A stretch of 64,000 bases of DNA from Eledone cirrhosa (taxonomy: Eukaryota), in assembly GCA_964016885.1 (NCBI GenBank), contig OZ024741.1, positions 95,294,001-95,358,000 of the forward strand, in the 5' to 3' direction. The translations under genes were made by a program, and so were the position numbers. How positions within the stretch are numbered: the first letter of the stretch is position 1; every line of letters begins with the position of its first letter. The notes below the pieces were generated by a model. It saw nothing but the letters and a program-made list of their open reading frames with translations. It was not told where the DNA came from and made no database searches. Shown here in pieces: positions 1-13,484 of the stretch.

Positions 1-704
1 TATTTTATGTGTGTGTGTATGTTTATGTGTGTGTGTGTGTATGTTTACCCTACATGGCTTAACTACAATTAAAGTAGGGCCTGAAGGATAATTAAGAAAT
101 ACTGTTAGAAGAACTGGAATTCAAGCAATTCTGCAACTGTGTTAATAAATTTCCCCTAAAAGCAGTCTTAAGTAAGGGTAAACTCCCAGTGAGCTATGTC
201 TTTTTTTTGTAGCCCATGGCTCTTTTCATGGCCTCTGAGAGACTTATGAGGCAGAAGGAATAAGAAAGATTTCCTCAAACTGGAGCAGAATTCTTGCAAT
301 AATATGGACACTGCTAAAAGCTCCCAAAGGCCAGACAGTTATGTTAAACCAGGTGAGCAAGATTTGAACTCAGAATGCAAAGAGTTGGAACAAATGCCGC
401 AAAGCATCTCAATTTATTCCTTAACAATTCCAAGTTTACCTTGGAATTTGAATTCAGATCACAGATGCGTTTATTTCTATGCTGTAAGGTGCATTTTGTT
501 CTATACTGTAAAATGTATTTTTTTTCTATGCTGCAAGGTGTATTTTTTCTATGGTATAAGATGCATTTTGTTCTATGCTGTAATGATTGCCAGTTTGCCT
601 CTGCACCCATTACAATTGATATTTCACTTTGTGACACTTACCAGAATCAGACCTGTTTTAGTACAGCTTAGTTAAATTACCATCTTATGAAGTTCAGTAC
701 TGGC

Positions 705-846
705 TTAACTGGCCACTTATACTGATGTTAAGGTATTGTTCTCAAAATAAATGATATCAAAATCTCATAGATTCAATATTATGTGAGATAAAATGTCTAC
801 TGGGAAAATACAATAGTATATAAAGAGTAATGTGAATGCTAAAGGG
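705..846 (+). mobile_element. Partial piggyBac-type MITE (family 1)
   Basis: Ends in ATGCTAAAGGG|TTAA; body matches the copies at 45191-45407 and 48510-48717. Confidence 0.7.
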
Positions 847-1010
847 TTAAGTAGATCTGTACCAATTCAACAATGTGTTGATCATAATCTATTATGGGTG
901 TGGTAACAGTCTTGTTTTCAGAGCATTTAATTGTAAACATATCTTATGAGTAGCTATCAATCGTAGCACCAAACAATATATATATATATCTATCTATCTA
1001 TCTATCTATG

Positions 1011-1603
1011 TCACTGACCTGTGGGGATATGTAGAACGACTATTGTCGCGGGTGGGACCAATCCAGTTGACCACCGAGTCCATTGTCATGATCAAACCGC
1101 CACCCTCCTTCAAAAACGAAGGAGAGGCGGTTTTCCTTTGTGTGATAGCTATGGCGAAAGAGGTTGTATGGTGGACAAGGTTGAAAGGGCTGAGGTCAGA
1201 CACCTTTCTCTCCGGCCAACAACTGATTCTTTTTTTCAAATACCACTTTGGAAGAAGAATCAGGATGGAGAGAGAGGTGCTGTACCCCAGCAAGTTTTAT
1301 GAAAGGTGGGTGAAAGTGGCGAGAATGGCCCGAGTGAATGGGCCTTCTCTCTATATCAGCCTGTAGATTGAGGAAAAGGAGGAGGAGAGGAAAGGAGTAC
1401 AAGCTCTTCGTACTCCTGGAGATGAGGGTTGCACATTTTTTCGGGGGTATGTGTTACCCATATAAACTGTCTCCCTCTATTGGGGAAAATCGACTAACTT
1501 TTAAATTCCATCTGTGATAACATTTTACACGTTTTTATTGTATGTAAACTTCCCCCTTTGTATTTGTCCCCTTCTTTTGTGCCCCTGTGGCTAATAAAGA
1601 AAT
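1011..1603 (+). mobile_element. Tx1/L1-clade LINE 3' fragment (ORF2 C-terminus and 3' UTR)
   Basis: Frame DLWGYVERLLSRV...AKEVVWWTR...FYERW resembles an L1/Tx1 ORF2 C-terminus; homologous to the zinc-knuckle-bearing fragment at 57900-58272; ends AATAAAGAAA in an (ATCT)/(AT) tract. Confidence 0.7.
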
Positions 1604-1711
1604 ATATCTATCTATATATATATATATACTACCAAGCCAGCTTCCTACCTTAATGGTCGCTTATATTTATGGTACGTCAAAATTATTTATAAAACTGTTT
1701 ATATATTGTAT

Positions 1712-1771
1712 TTTATCTGACGAAGGCATGCCATATTTTTAATATGGTATCCCTGAAATATGTATAATGAA
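1712..1771 (+). ncRNA. Type I minimal hammerhead ribozyme in a Penelope-like terminal-repeat remnant (~1630-1815)
   Basis: tttat-CTGACGA-stem II (tgccatatt/aatatggta)-GAAA-tatgtaTA-atgaa; paralogue at 26469-26527. Confidence 0.65.
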
Positions 1772-1814
1772 ATAAATATGGTTTTATAAATATAGTTTCC
1801 ATTTGTTTAATATC

Positions 1815-1857
<43 letters not shown>

Positions 1858-1880
1858 CATATAAGCATATATATATATAT

Positions 1881-2785
<905 letters not shown>

Positions 2786-3129
2786 GGAGGCACATGGCTT
2801 AGTGGTTAGAGCATTGGCCTTGCAATCGAAAGGTTGTGAGTTCAATTCTCAGACCGGGTGATGTGTTGTTTCCTTGAGCAAGACACTTTATTTCACATTG
2901 CTCCAGTTTACTCAGCTGTAGAAATGAGATGATAGGGACTGAGGTCCCTATCATTCCACTGTAAAGTGGACGTGTAGGCGCCACGGCAAAAAAGCATCCA
3001 CCACTCACTGTAAATGAGGTTGGTGTTAGGAAGGGCATCCAGCTGTAGAAATCAAGCCAGAATCAGTTCCCGTCCCACCCTTGCAAGCAGGGAAAAGTGG
3101 ACGTAAAATGATGATGATGATGATGATGA
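2786..3129 (+). mobile_element. tRNA-derived CORE-type SINE, full length
   Basis: A box TGGCTTAGTGG, B box GAGTTCAATTC, CORE-like CCTTGAGCAAGACACTT...CAGTTTACTCAGCTGTAGAAATG, RTE-derived 3' tail and (ATG)n. Confidence 0.88.
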
Positions 3130-3729
3130 TATACACACACATGCACACACACACACACACACACATATAAGCATATATATATAGAAAGTTTTCCAATATA
3201 GGTGATATAAGTGTGAGACAATTAGAAGCAAATAAAGTGGATGTAACAGCTTTAAGGTAGACCCCGCTTTGATGTAGTGTTTGTTAAACATTACTGAAGT
3301 AGTTTAGGTAACCAATTACACTCTTCAGTTATTTATCCAAATCACCAGAATTACACTTTCTTTTTAATGTTTGAAAGGTACTATAACTTTCCAGTAGATC
3401 ACAACAAAGAATCATAGGAATACTCTTAAAATTTTCAATACCACAATAAAAAAAAATGTTCAGATATATGTTTTAATCAGTTCACTATGTATTTACCAAA
3501 AGGAACCATCCAAACACATTACAATAGAGTACACACCAATAAAATTAAATAGAAAAGTATTAGTTGATAAAACTACATATCATCACATCATTTAACGTCT
3601 CGCTTGTATAGCACTGTTTCATATATATATGTTTTTATATATATATATATATGTATGTATATATACTAGCGTGGAAAGTGGACGTCGTTAAACAATGATG
3701 ATGATGATGGTGGTATATATATATATAAT

Positions 3730-3928
3730 CACATATTTTTATTGTTTGATCCAAATTACTTGGTCGTTTCTTTGGCTGTGCGGATGTTTGTTTAACCATC
3801 GTCTCAGTGTGTTTGGCCTTTAACGTATGTTGTAGCTCTGGTTCATCTGAATCATCGAGTGCTTGCCACACATATCGGAAGTTGTTTTTCGTTAATTCCT
3901 AAGCCGAAATACGATTCTCGCTAATTTA

Positions 3929-3930
<2 letters not shown>
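3730..3930 (-). repeat. Unclassified interspersed repeat inserted in (AT)n
   Basis: Reverse complement aligns with 12930-13100 and more distantly with 15223-15430. Confidence 0.7.
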
Positions 3931-3990
<60 letters not shown>

Positions 3991-4008
3991 TATATATATT
4001 ATATATAT

Positions 4009-4190
4009 ATATGACAGAGTCGGGACCCTGAGGGCTGAGCTCTTTCTGTTAGTTCCAAATGGAGTTGCAATAGCAAGAGCTCAGCCGCCAGGGTCCTGAC
4101 TCTTTCATATTACCACACTCTACTACTCCAAGTATTGAGTACTTTGGTGATTAATGGTCTAACAGTTTTTACTGCATCCATTTTGATTTA
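4009..4190 (+). mobile_element. Short fold-back Penelope-like terminal-repeat remnant
   Basis: Hairpin at 4009-4110 followed by CACTCTACTAC..AAGTATTGAGTACTTTGGTG, shared with 15955-16140 and 39915-40012. Confidence 0.6.
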
Positions 4191-4204
4191 TATAATATAT
4201 ATAT

Positions 4205-4406
4205 TGACACAACAAAAAGCACCCAGTACTCACTGTAAATGAGGTTGGTGTTAGGAAGGGCATCCAGCTGTAGAAACCAAGCCAAAATCAGTTCTGTATG
4301 TGCAAGACATGGTCACCTGACCTAGCATTGCCCACAACAGGACAACCCATCTAACCCATCTAGTGTGGAAAAATGGACGTAAAAAGGTGATGATGATGAT
4401 GATGAT
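4205..4406 (+). mobile_element. 5'-truncated RTE-tailed SINE-like element
   Basis: GGTTGGTGTTAGGAAGGGCATCCAGCTGTAGAAA motif, RTE-type tail and (ATG)n; homologous to 29915-30105. Confidence 0.75.
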
Positions 4407-5989
4407 AGAATCCCCTCCCACATCCACCCCAAAGAAAAAGGAGAAAAAAAAATAAAAGTATTTAGGGTAGCTTTACTAAAATTAAAATTCAAGCCCAAAA
4501 CCAACAGACAGATAAAGCACATGAAAAATTACCGTGTATACTCATGTATAAGTTGATTCAAATATAATTTTATGTCTTAGAAATGGGCAAAAATCCAAAC
4601 CCCATGTATAAGCCAAGGCAGCTAACAGACACATAATATTTAGATGGCATGGTTTTGTAAATTCCTTCAACTGAAGAATTTTTTTTATGAAGTTTTAATA
4701 TTTTGATATATAAAATGTTTTTAAGTGTCGGTTAAAGTGTAGTTTTTGTTTCACAATTCCATTACATAATGATTTTTTTACTATTTCTTCTGTTTTATAA
4801 AGTTTTATCAAGTTTCTCAAATTTTTTGTTTACTTCCTTTTAATGGATAGCGATAGCACCATCTTCCTCTCTTTTCTCTCCTTTCTCCTATCTTTTCCTC
4901 TTTCCTCCTATCTCCCCCTGCACTAGCCTATGTCTGTTAGAGTAAGTGTCTGTAAAAATTCTAAAATATAGTAAAACATTGTTTTATTGTAAAGCAATCA
5001 TCCCAGATATTTTGGTGCCTGAAGTTGGTGAAAATTGGCAAAATATTGACCTCAATTATAAGTCCCCACTCTCCATTAACACCGTTCTTTTTTTCTTGAG
5101 GGACATGTATTTCTCAGCTTACATACATGTATATATAGAAACTCTGAAATCTACTAGGACTTCACTGTTGAATAATTTTTTAAATATAGATTTGAAAATT
5201 TCTTCTAAAACTCCTCCTGTGATCCATAGAAAAGTGTGTGAATAACATGCCATTATTGCCAAAATTTTATTCTAAGGATGCCAGTGTAAAGGTCCTGGAA
5301 TGTTAATAGACTAATGGGTTTAGGGATGTTATTGTTCCAGAACTAAACCTAAAAGACTAATAAGGAAATCTGAAAAAAATCCATACCCCCCCCCCCCCCT
5401 TCCAAAAAAAAAAGAAACTCTCTCATATATTCTGTATGTATCCAGTTTAGAATATATACACTTATCCTGGTTATAGGAAGGACATCCAGCCATAGAAATC
5501 TTGTGAAATAAAGGGTTGGAAGGACCCTTCAGTTAAGTCAAGGACATGACAACCTCTTCTGTGCACTTGATAGAACATGAGATCGTACGTAAGTGAGATG
5601 CAGAGTCTGTCAGGTCAGTAGCTCTACTTCAGTGCTGACTTGGTCTATGTAGACTCATCCAATCCTTGCTAGCAGAGAAAGTGGATGTTAAAACAATGAT
5701 GATGATGATGATGATTCTTAATGAGCCATCAACTAGCCATAAGAATAGAGACATATTAGACGAAGCCCTCGACAACTGAAAGCTCCTACTATCTATTTAG
5801 CAAGAGGGTAAGCACAAAGGAAGAGGTTTGTCAATGTTCTACAATGTGAGGGCCAGATTTGGGAGGTGTTTCAGATTGCAAGACAGTGTATAAGAGAAAA
5901 GTAAAACTTTGTTGGGGAGAAGTATGTATTGTTATAACAATGTCTCACTTACCCTCAGTTACACCTAATACTCTGAGTCACTAGAGTAA

Positions 5990-6450
5990 GAACAGAATGG
6001 AAGTTCAGGGATCTAGCACCACTGCTAACAACTAAGGGCTTCTCTTTTAGAGTGAAGAGTAACTGTATGATGTCTGCATGCAAACTGCAATGCTACAAGG
6101 CAGCGAGGCGTGGACCTTGACTGTAGAAGACCTGTGAAAGGTAGAATGAAGTGAGGCTAATATGCTTCAGTAAATGTGTAATGTTAGTGTGCATGAACAT
6201 AGCAACATAAGTGAAATGAGAGAAAAATCTAGCCATGAATGGAATCTGTTGCAGTGTGTAAGTGAGGAAAACTGTGTTGGTTTGGACATGTGATGTGTAT
6301 GGAAGATGACAGCTGTATAAAGAGGATGGGACTAATGGATGTGGAATGAAGTAGTGAAAACTGACTGTAAGAAGCTAAATCTCTCAATGGGGATGACAAA
6401 GGACTGTGAGGAATGGCAACATGCTGTTCTGGGGAAGCCCTGCCTACCAG
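5990..6450 (+). mobile_element. Old degenerate RTE LINE fragment
   Basis: WKFRDLAPLLTTKGFSFRVKSKLYDVCMQTAMLQGSEAW with stops; homologous to the RTE families at 22555 and 25259. Confidence 0.8.
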
Positions 6451-6678
6451 CTAAAATGTTATCTGACCCATCCACTTGCCTTCCACCCCCAAACTCAAGT
6501 GCAGTGCCTGCAAAAATTCGGTATACAAGGATGCAATTTACTTCTAGCACTCAACGTCATATTACTTTCTAAAAACAAGGATGACGGAGTATATTTATAA
6601 AGAGGAAAATGCAAAGTTGAAGATATTAGTCCTTTATTAATTGAGATGTTATACATATTTCCAAAATATGTTTGTGTG

Positions 6679-6713
<35 letters not shown>

Positions 6714-6887
6714 TGTAGGTTGTAGTTGAGTGGTCAGCCACCCACACTCTTGTGACTGCGCAGTGCTGTCGGGATGTTCTGAAAGTTAGAAGGGAGCAGA
6801 CACTCAAAGCATAAACATACACATTTTTATAGTCTGCTCCCTTCCACCCAAAGTTGCCTTGGAAATGTTACCTATTAATCAAATTTT

Positions 6888-6938
6888 GCTGTCTGAAGAA
6901 ATCATGATGTCTATCATCATGGAAATATGTATAATGGC
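6888..6938 (+). ncRNA. Imperfect type I hammerhead motif in a remnant at ~6715-6990
   Basis: gctgt-CTGAAGA-aat-catgatg/catcatg-GAAA-tatgtaTA-atggc; 3 extra nt before stem II. Confidence 0.5.
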
Positions 6939-6991
6939 TCAATTAATAAAGGACTCAAACATCTTCAACTTCGCATTTTCCTCTTTATATA

Positions 6992-7942
6992 TCTATATAT
7001 ATAAAACTGTGGTTGTCTGTCTGTCTATCGATTTTTGGCACACATCTCCTCTTAGAATCTCTCACGGAATTGCACTGAAATTGCTATACTTGTACATTGA
7101 GCCCTAGCGAAGACATTGGAAAAAAAAAATTTCAAATTGACCCACCCTATGTGACGGAATCGAATATAATGTATCGATTTTTGAGCGTAAGTTATCAGTT
7201 ATTTCCCTTTGTTCTGTTTACATTGAGCGTCTTACGTAAAAAATTACGCTGGCTTTCTCAGCGTTTAAAATGACATTAACACAATACACGAAGCTTCCGT
7301 TTTGCTTCATTTCCATTTAAAAGCATTTTAAAACAATATTTTTACTTGAAAACAAGTCTATTTAAAGACTACGTAAAACAAGCAAATATTTCGTCGTTAG
7401 GCGTGCAGACAGACAGTCATGCAGAGAGGTGATATACGCGTGCAGACAGACAGTCGTGCAGAGAGGTGATATAGGCGTGCAGACAGACAGTCGTGCAGAG
7501 AGGTGATATAGGCGTGCAGACAGACAGTCGTGCAGAGAGGTGATATAGGCGTGCAGACAGACAGTCGTGCAGAGAGGTGATATAGGTGTGCAGACAGACA
7601 GTCGTGCAGAGAGGTGATATAGGCGTGCAGACAGACATAACTGATAATTTGGTTACGCTAATGTTTTTCTCTGCGTTGCAGTGTTTACATTTTCGATCTT
7701 TGTTAATAAGTAACCAGTGCAGTTTCTATCCCCAGCATCCTCTTTTGTTATAACATTCGGGTTATCGTTATGTTTTCTTAACTTCATAAGGCATATTGTT
7801 GGTTGAGGGAATATTAATCAAAAACACCACATGCAAGTCTGCACAGTAGACACTACAGTTTTTAAGCCAAGAAAGAAACTTAACATTGTAACTTTAACAC
7901 AGCTACTGAGCGACCTCGAGCAACGCCGGGCTTTACTGCTAG
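6992..7942 (+). mobile_element. Non-autonomous Helitron
   Basis: 5' TCTATATATATAAAA, (GTCT)n near the 5' end, 3' hairpin CGAGCAACGCCGGG and terminal CTAG, inserted between A and T; second copy at 21344-22243. Confidence 0.85.
7399..7637 (+). repeat. 37-bp minisatellite inside the Helitron (~6.5 units)
   Basis: Unit AGGCGTGCAGACAGACAGTCGTGCAGAGAGGTGATAT. Confidence 0.95.
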
Positions 7943-8334
7943 TATATATATAAAGAGGAACGATTCAAACTGTGACTAATCCCACTCAAAAGTTTCGTGA
8001 AATAGTCTTTTTAAGACTATATAGAGCATTTGTAGTTTTTCCAAATTGAAGGATGAGTATTTAAACTTTATTTTATTCTGAGTTAAGGCTCTATTGGTTT
8101 TTTCCCTGGATTTCACAAAATCTGTGGATAAAATCTGTTTTAATTTTTTTTAAATTGAGTTTGAATTATTTTCCCATATCTTACGTTAATTATTTTCCAT
8201 TTTGACGTTATAGTCACTTATATATTATGAAATACTGTTGGCTTCTTGCTCACATTAATTTCTCTATTTTTCATTATATATATATATATATATATACACC
8301 CATGCAAGCGTGGAACACAGACGTTAAACGATGA

Positions 8335-8379
<45 letters not shown>

Positions 8380-8680
8380 TGTATCTATATATGTATGTAT
8401 CATGTATAGATATGTATGTATTCACATATGTATGTATGTATGTATCATTTTATATTGGAATCAGATCATTTTCAGGGTGTGGTGGCATTATTTAATTATT
8501 GATGACTTGTATTGATTGTTTCAATAAAAAGACTTGAATAGCTCTGTTGAAAATCTGGAAAATAACAGAAAATATATTACCCACTAGAATATAAATATGA
8601 TTTAAATCACTAGATAATCTTTACTCTCTCTTTCCTCCCGGCTCTTAGAACCGTAATAAAGTATACTGTTTTGTATTGGA

Positions 8681-9131
8681 TCTTCTTCTTCTTCTTCTTC
8701 TTCTTCTTCTTCTTCTTCTTCTTCTTCTTCTTCTTCTCTTCTTCTTCTTCTTCTTCTTCTTCTTCTTCTCTTCTTCTTCTTCTCTTCTTCTTCTTCTTCT
8801 TCTTCTTCTTCTTCTTCTTCTTCTTCTTCATCTCTTCTCTTCTCTTCTTCTTCTCTTCTTCTTCTTCTCTTCTTCTTCTTCTTCTTCTTCTCTCTTCTTC
8901 TTCTTCTTCTTCTTCTTCTTCTTCTTCTTCTTCTTCTTCTTCTTCTTCTTCTTCTTCTTCTTCTTCTTCTTCTTCTTCTTCTTCTTCTTCTTCTTCTTCT
9001 TCTTCTTCTTCTTCTTCTTCTTCTTCTTCTTCTTCTTCTTCTTCCTTCTTCTTCTTCTTCTTCTTCTTCTTCTTCTTCTTCTTCTTCTTCTTCTTCTTCT
9101 TCTTCTTCTTCTTCTTCTTCTTCTTCTTCTT
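8681..9131. repeat. (CTT)n/(GAA)n trinucleotide tract, ~450 bp
   Basis: Direct reading; abuts the 3' end of a minus-strand LINE fragment. Confidence 0.98.
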
Positions 9132-9345
9132 GAGAGAGAGCCTCAAACACTTCTTCCAGCAATCTCTAACTCATCCAACTGGATCCCCAAGCAAGACCAT
9201 CCAGCTCATAGATGTCATCCAACCATCTTGCTCTGGATCTCCTGCTGGTTGGTTTTGCCCATAAAGTTTGTTCAGCAATTCTTTCCTGAGACATTCTAAC
9301 CACATGGATACATACTAGAGAAAATTGATACTGCCTATTATGAAA
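9132..9345 (-). mobile_element. Degenerate RTE-like LINE 3' end with (GAA)n tail
   Basis: HVVRMSQERIAEQTLWAKPTSRRSRARWLDDI resembles the RTE C-terminal motif GHV.RM...GRPR.RW.D.I. Confidence 0.6.
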
Positions 9346-9579
9346 CAAACATTGAATAGTATCTATTAAAATATAAGAAATGCCTGAAACTAAGCTGATA
9401 TATCTTTCTCTGTCTGACTGTCATTCTGCTGGGTTGAAATTCAATCAGGGTTTGATTTAATCTTTTATCTTTTCAAATATCTCTAAAAATGTATATATAG
9501 ATGCATGCATTGGACCCAATACAGTCATTATGAACAACTAATGATGTACCAATACAGGTACTAGGAGCCAATACAATTA

Positions 9580-9779
9580 NNNNNNNNNNNNNNNNNNNNN
9601 NNNNNNNNNNNNNNNNNNNNNNNNNNNNNNNNNNNNNNNNNNNNNNNNNNNNNNNNNNNNNNNNNNNNNNNNNNNNNNNNNNNNNNNNNNNNNNNNNNNN
9701 NNNNNNNNNNNNNNNNNNNNNNNNNNNNNNNNNNNNNNNNNNNNNNNNNNNNNNNNNNNNNNNNNNNNNNNNNNNNNNN
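9580..9779. other. Assembly gap (200 N)
   Basis: Run of 200 N; probably a fixed-size scaffolding gap. Confidence 0.99.
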
Positions 9780-10280
9780 TTAGATAAGCAAGGAATCAGG
9801 GTGGAGGGGGGGATTCAGGCAACTGACTACAACCCAATCTTCTACATTCACTCATACCCCACCCTTCTGCTGCCTTCCATTGTCAAAGAAGGACAGTGTT
9901 TGTCCCCTTCTAGCAGTTGAAGCCCCATTGGAGTGGTGGAGGGTGGGGGTGTAGATGGAGTGCTGGGAGAAAGCAGGAAGGTGTTTTAAGAAAGCATCAC
10001 AGCCACCCCTACCCCCTGCTTCATCCCCAGTTCCCTGCTCTGTCCTTTATTCCTCCTCCTTGTCCTCTTCCTGTCTATCTTACCTGCTGGTGACTGCTTT
10101 TATTGTAATTCTCATTTCTCTTTACCTTTTTCTCCTACTTCCCACAGAATTCTCTCTCTCTCTCTCTCTCACACACACACTCACACCCACAGATAAGCAC
10201 TTCCCCCAAGATTAGACTCAGCAATAGCATCAGCAGCAGTTAGAATGTGATCTGTAATAGAATGTGCTATTGTGCTTATA

Positions 10281-10337
<57 letters not shown>

Positions 10338-11270
10338 TGTATACATACATACTATAAGCACACTATATATATATATGTGTGTATATATATATGTGTATGT
10401 GTGTGTATATATATATATATATACACACACACACATATACAGCTTCTTCCTTTGCTCCTGCACTGACTACTATGACAGATAACAGGCAGCACTAATGAGA
10501 ATATAGAAGAAAGAGGAGTGAACTGAAGGGACTCAGAGAAACATATCTTTCTGTCTTCCCTACCCAATTGCTTTTGCAAACTAGCCTCATCAAAACAATA
10601 TTTCCTTTTTACCTGTTTAATATGTATTTTTACCTACTTTTTTAATTAAAAAAAAGAAAAACAGCAAAACTTATGCAGGTGTACAATAAAATGTTTTATT
10701 TGCCACCTGGATTGTTCTCTAATTTGCTGCCATTCTTCTCCCCCCTCACTCTATCCCACCCTACTCTCTACCAATTCTTGGAATTGCTGGGACTAGTAAA
10801 ATCAAACAAAGAAATATCTAACTCTATCTAAATATTCATGCCATTTATAATTGTATTCTGCTCCAAAATTGTGAAAATCATTTCCACTTATTTTTACAAT
10901 GAAAATATGTAATATATAATATAAGTGTAAGGTGGAGTGTGTGTACTTGCACAACACATGGACACACATATGTATGTATGTATGTATGTACCTACGTACA
11001 TACGTATGTACATATGTATGTATGTGTGTGTGTATGTGTATATTTATCATCATCATCATCATTTTCCCTGCTAGTAAGGCTTAGACAAACTATCACAGAC
11101 TATCACTCAAGCAAAGCTATTGGATTCTCAGATGGAATAGGGGAGAGCATCTCAGGGTCCCACATGTTGCTTACAAGATGTCCCCTCACTCAATCGAGTA
11201 CATTTTATTATGGCACCAGTACTATTGAGGCCATCGTGTCTTTATGTATATTTCTCTTTCATGTACATAT

Positions 11271-11622
11271 CATCATTCATCATCATTTCATTTTACGTCC
11301 GCTTTTTCCCTGCTTGCAAGGGTGGGACGGGAACTGATTCTGGCTTGATTTCTACAGCTGGATGCCCTTCCTAACACCAACCTCATTTACAGTGAGTGGT
11401 GGGTGCTTTTTTTTTTTGCCGTGGCACCTCCACGATCACTTTGCAGTGGAATGATAGGGACAGTTTAATTAGATGATAGGGACCGCAGTCATCTAATTAA
11501 ACTGGAGCAATGTGAAATAAAGTGTCTTGCTCAACGAAACAACACATCACCCGGTCTGAGAATTGAACTCACAACCTTTCGATTGCAAGGCCAATGCTCT
11601 AACCACTAAGCCATGTGCCTCC
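11271..11622 (-). mobile_element. CORE-type tRNA SINE
   Basis: Reverse complement of 2786-3129 with a small internal rearrangement. Confidence 0.88.
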
Positions 11623-11777
11623 ATATATATATATATATAAATAGATTTCATCATCGTTTAACGACTATTTTCCAGGTTAGATGGGAATTGTCCAACTTGA
11701 GGCAACATTAGTCAGGTGACCGTGTCTTGTCGTAATATATATATTAAATATATTAAATATATATATATTATATGTTT

Positions 11778-11808
<31 letters not shown>

Positions 11809-11835
11809 TTATATATATATATATATTATATGTAT

Positions 11836-12177
11836 TCATCATCATCATCATCATCATTTCATTTTACGTCCACTTTTCCCTGCTTGCAAGGGTGGGACGG
11901 GAACTGATTCTGGCTTGATTTCTACAGCCCTTCCTAACACCAACCTCATTTACAGTGAGTGCTGGGTGCTTTTTTGCCGTGGCACCTCCATGACCACTTT
12001 GCAGTGGAATGATATGGACCCCAGTCTCTATCATCTCATTTCTACAGCTGAGTAAACTGGAGCAATGTGAAATAAATTGTCTTGCTCAAGGAAACAACAC
12101 ATCGCCCGGTCTGAGAATTGAACTCACAACCTTTCGATTGCAAGGCCAATGCTCTAACCACTAAGCCATGTGCCTCC
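11836..12177 (-). mobile_element. CORE-type tRNA SINE
   Basis: Reverse complement of 2786-3129. Confidence 0.88.
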
Positions 12178-12213
12178 ATTAATTATTATATATATATATA
12201 TTATATGTATTAT

Positions 12214-12215
<2 letters not shown>

Positions 12216-12247
<32 letters not shown>

Positions 12248-12880
12248 ACGTTTAACGTCCGTGTTCCATGCTTGCATGAGTTTGGACGGGGGTAGTCCCA
12301 CTTGAGGCAAGAGTGATTGTCTTGCTCGCATAGGACTGTCTGGCAGGTTTTCTACAGTTGGATGCCCTTCCTAACACCAACCACATTTACAGTGTGGGTC
12401 TGGGAGGTTTTTACCGTGTTGCCTACACGACCACATTACAGCGTGGACTGTGTGTTTTTTTGTCGTGACACCTACACGATCTCATTTGTTTCGGCCTGGA
12501 TGGCGCGGCACCAACATAACTTTACATAGAACGGGGTGGTGTGGATGGGGTGGGGGTGGTGGGACGGGGTGTATTTTGTTAGAGATGCCTACTGGCTGCA
12601 GTAGGTTTTACTATATATTTAGGTAAGGCGGGTCTTCTCTGTTACTGAGTACCGCCAAAGGTCTCGGTCCAGTGACATTGTCTTGGAGAGGTGTAAGTGT
12701 GTGATGTCGGAATTTATCAGCTCGTCCCAGGTTTTTCTAGGTCTGCCTATTCCGTGACTACCGTCTATCTTTATTGCCCTGCACTTTGTTATACAGCTAT
12801 CGACTTTCATGCGCATCACGTGTCCATACCAACGTAGCCTTCTCTCGAGTAAACAACATCTGATCCCTCTTATCTCTAAT
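12216..12880 (-). mobile_element. RTE LINE 3' fragment (family B)
   Basis: [24 protein letters not shown]...GRPRKTWDEL, 3' UTR and (ATG)n. Confidence 0.9.
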
Positions 12881-12924
12881 ATATATATATATATATTTAT
12901 TATATGTATTATACATATATATAC

Positions 12925-13185
12925 AAACATAAATTATCGAGATTCGCATTTCGGCCCACGAAATAACGAAAAACAACCTCCGAGATGTGCGGCAAGTGCT
13001 CAATGATTCAGATGAACTAGAGCTATAACAAACGTTAAAGGCCAAACACACTGAGACGATGGTTAAACAATCATTCGCAAAAAACGATCAAGTAATTCGG
13101 GTATTGAAAATTTACCCGGATCCCTGGAAGGTTGGTAAAATCCAGTATTTGGGTTTCTGCGGCTCCTAAATCAAGTACCGTCCGC
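12925..13185 (+). repeat. Unclassified interspersed repeat (family of 3730 and 15223)
   Basis: Shared blocks ATTCAGAT.AA..AGAGCTATAAC and TTACCCGGA...TGGGTTTCTG. Confidence 0.65.
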
Positions 13186-13280
13186 TAACTTTGTCTTTCA
13201 TCCTTACGGGGTCGATAAAATAAAGTATCAGTAATGTACTGGGTAATTGCTGGCCGTGTGCCTAAAATAGAAACAGTTAT
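13186..13280 (+). mobile_element. 3' part of the Meta-like tRNA SINE
   Basis: CTTTCATCCTTACGGGGTCGATAAAATAAAGTA central domain plus tail. Confidence 0.8.
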
Positions 13281-13352
13281 ATATATATATATTATATGTA
13301 TTATATATATATATTTATATATATATTTACATATATATTTATTATATGTATT

Positions 13353-13384
<32 letters not shown>

Positions 13385-13385
13385 T

Positions 13386-13416
<31 letters not shown>

Positions 13417-13484
13417 TATATGTGTTATATATATGTATTTTATATATATATATTATATGTATTATATATATATATATATATATA

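Noticed and set aside
304-675. Overlapping ~100-120 aa ORFs
   Set aside because: Arise from a short degenerate ~23-bp tandem repeat (470-580); no coding signature
2786-2860. tRNA gene
   Set aside because: A and B boxes belong to a multi-copy SINE head with no intact cloverleaf
7399-7637. 37-bp repeats as a CRISPR array
   Set aside because: No unique spacers; head-to-tail minisatellite inside a Helitron in eukaryotic DNA
8602-9299. Poly-E/R/K/F/S/L ORFs
   Set aside because: Translations of the (CTT)n tract
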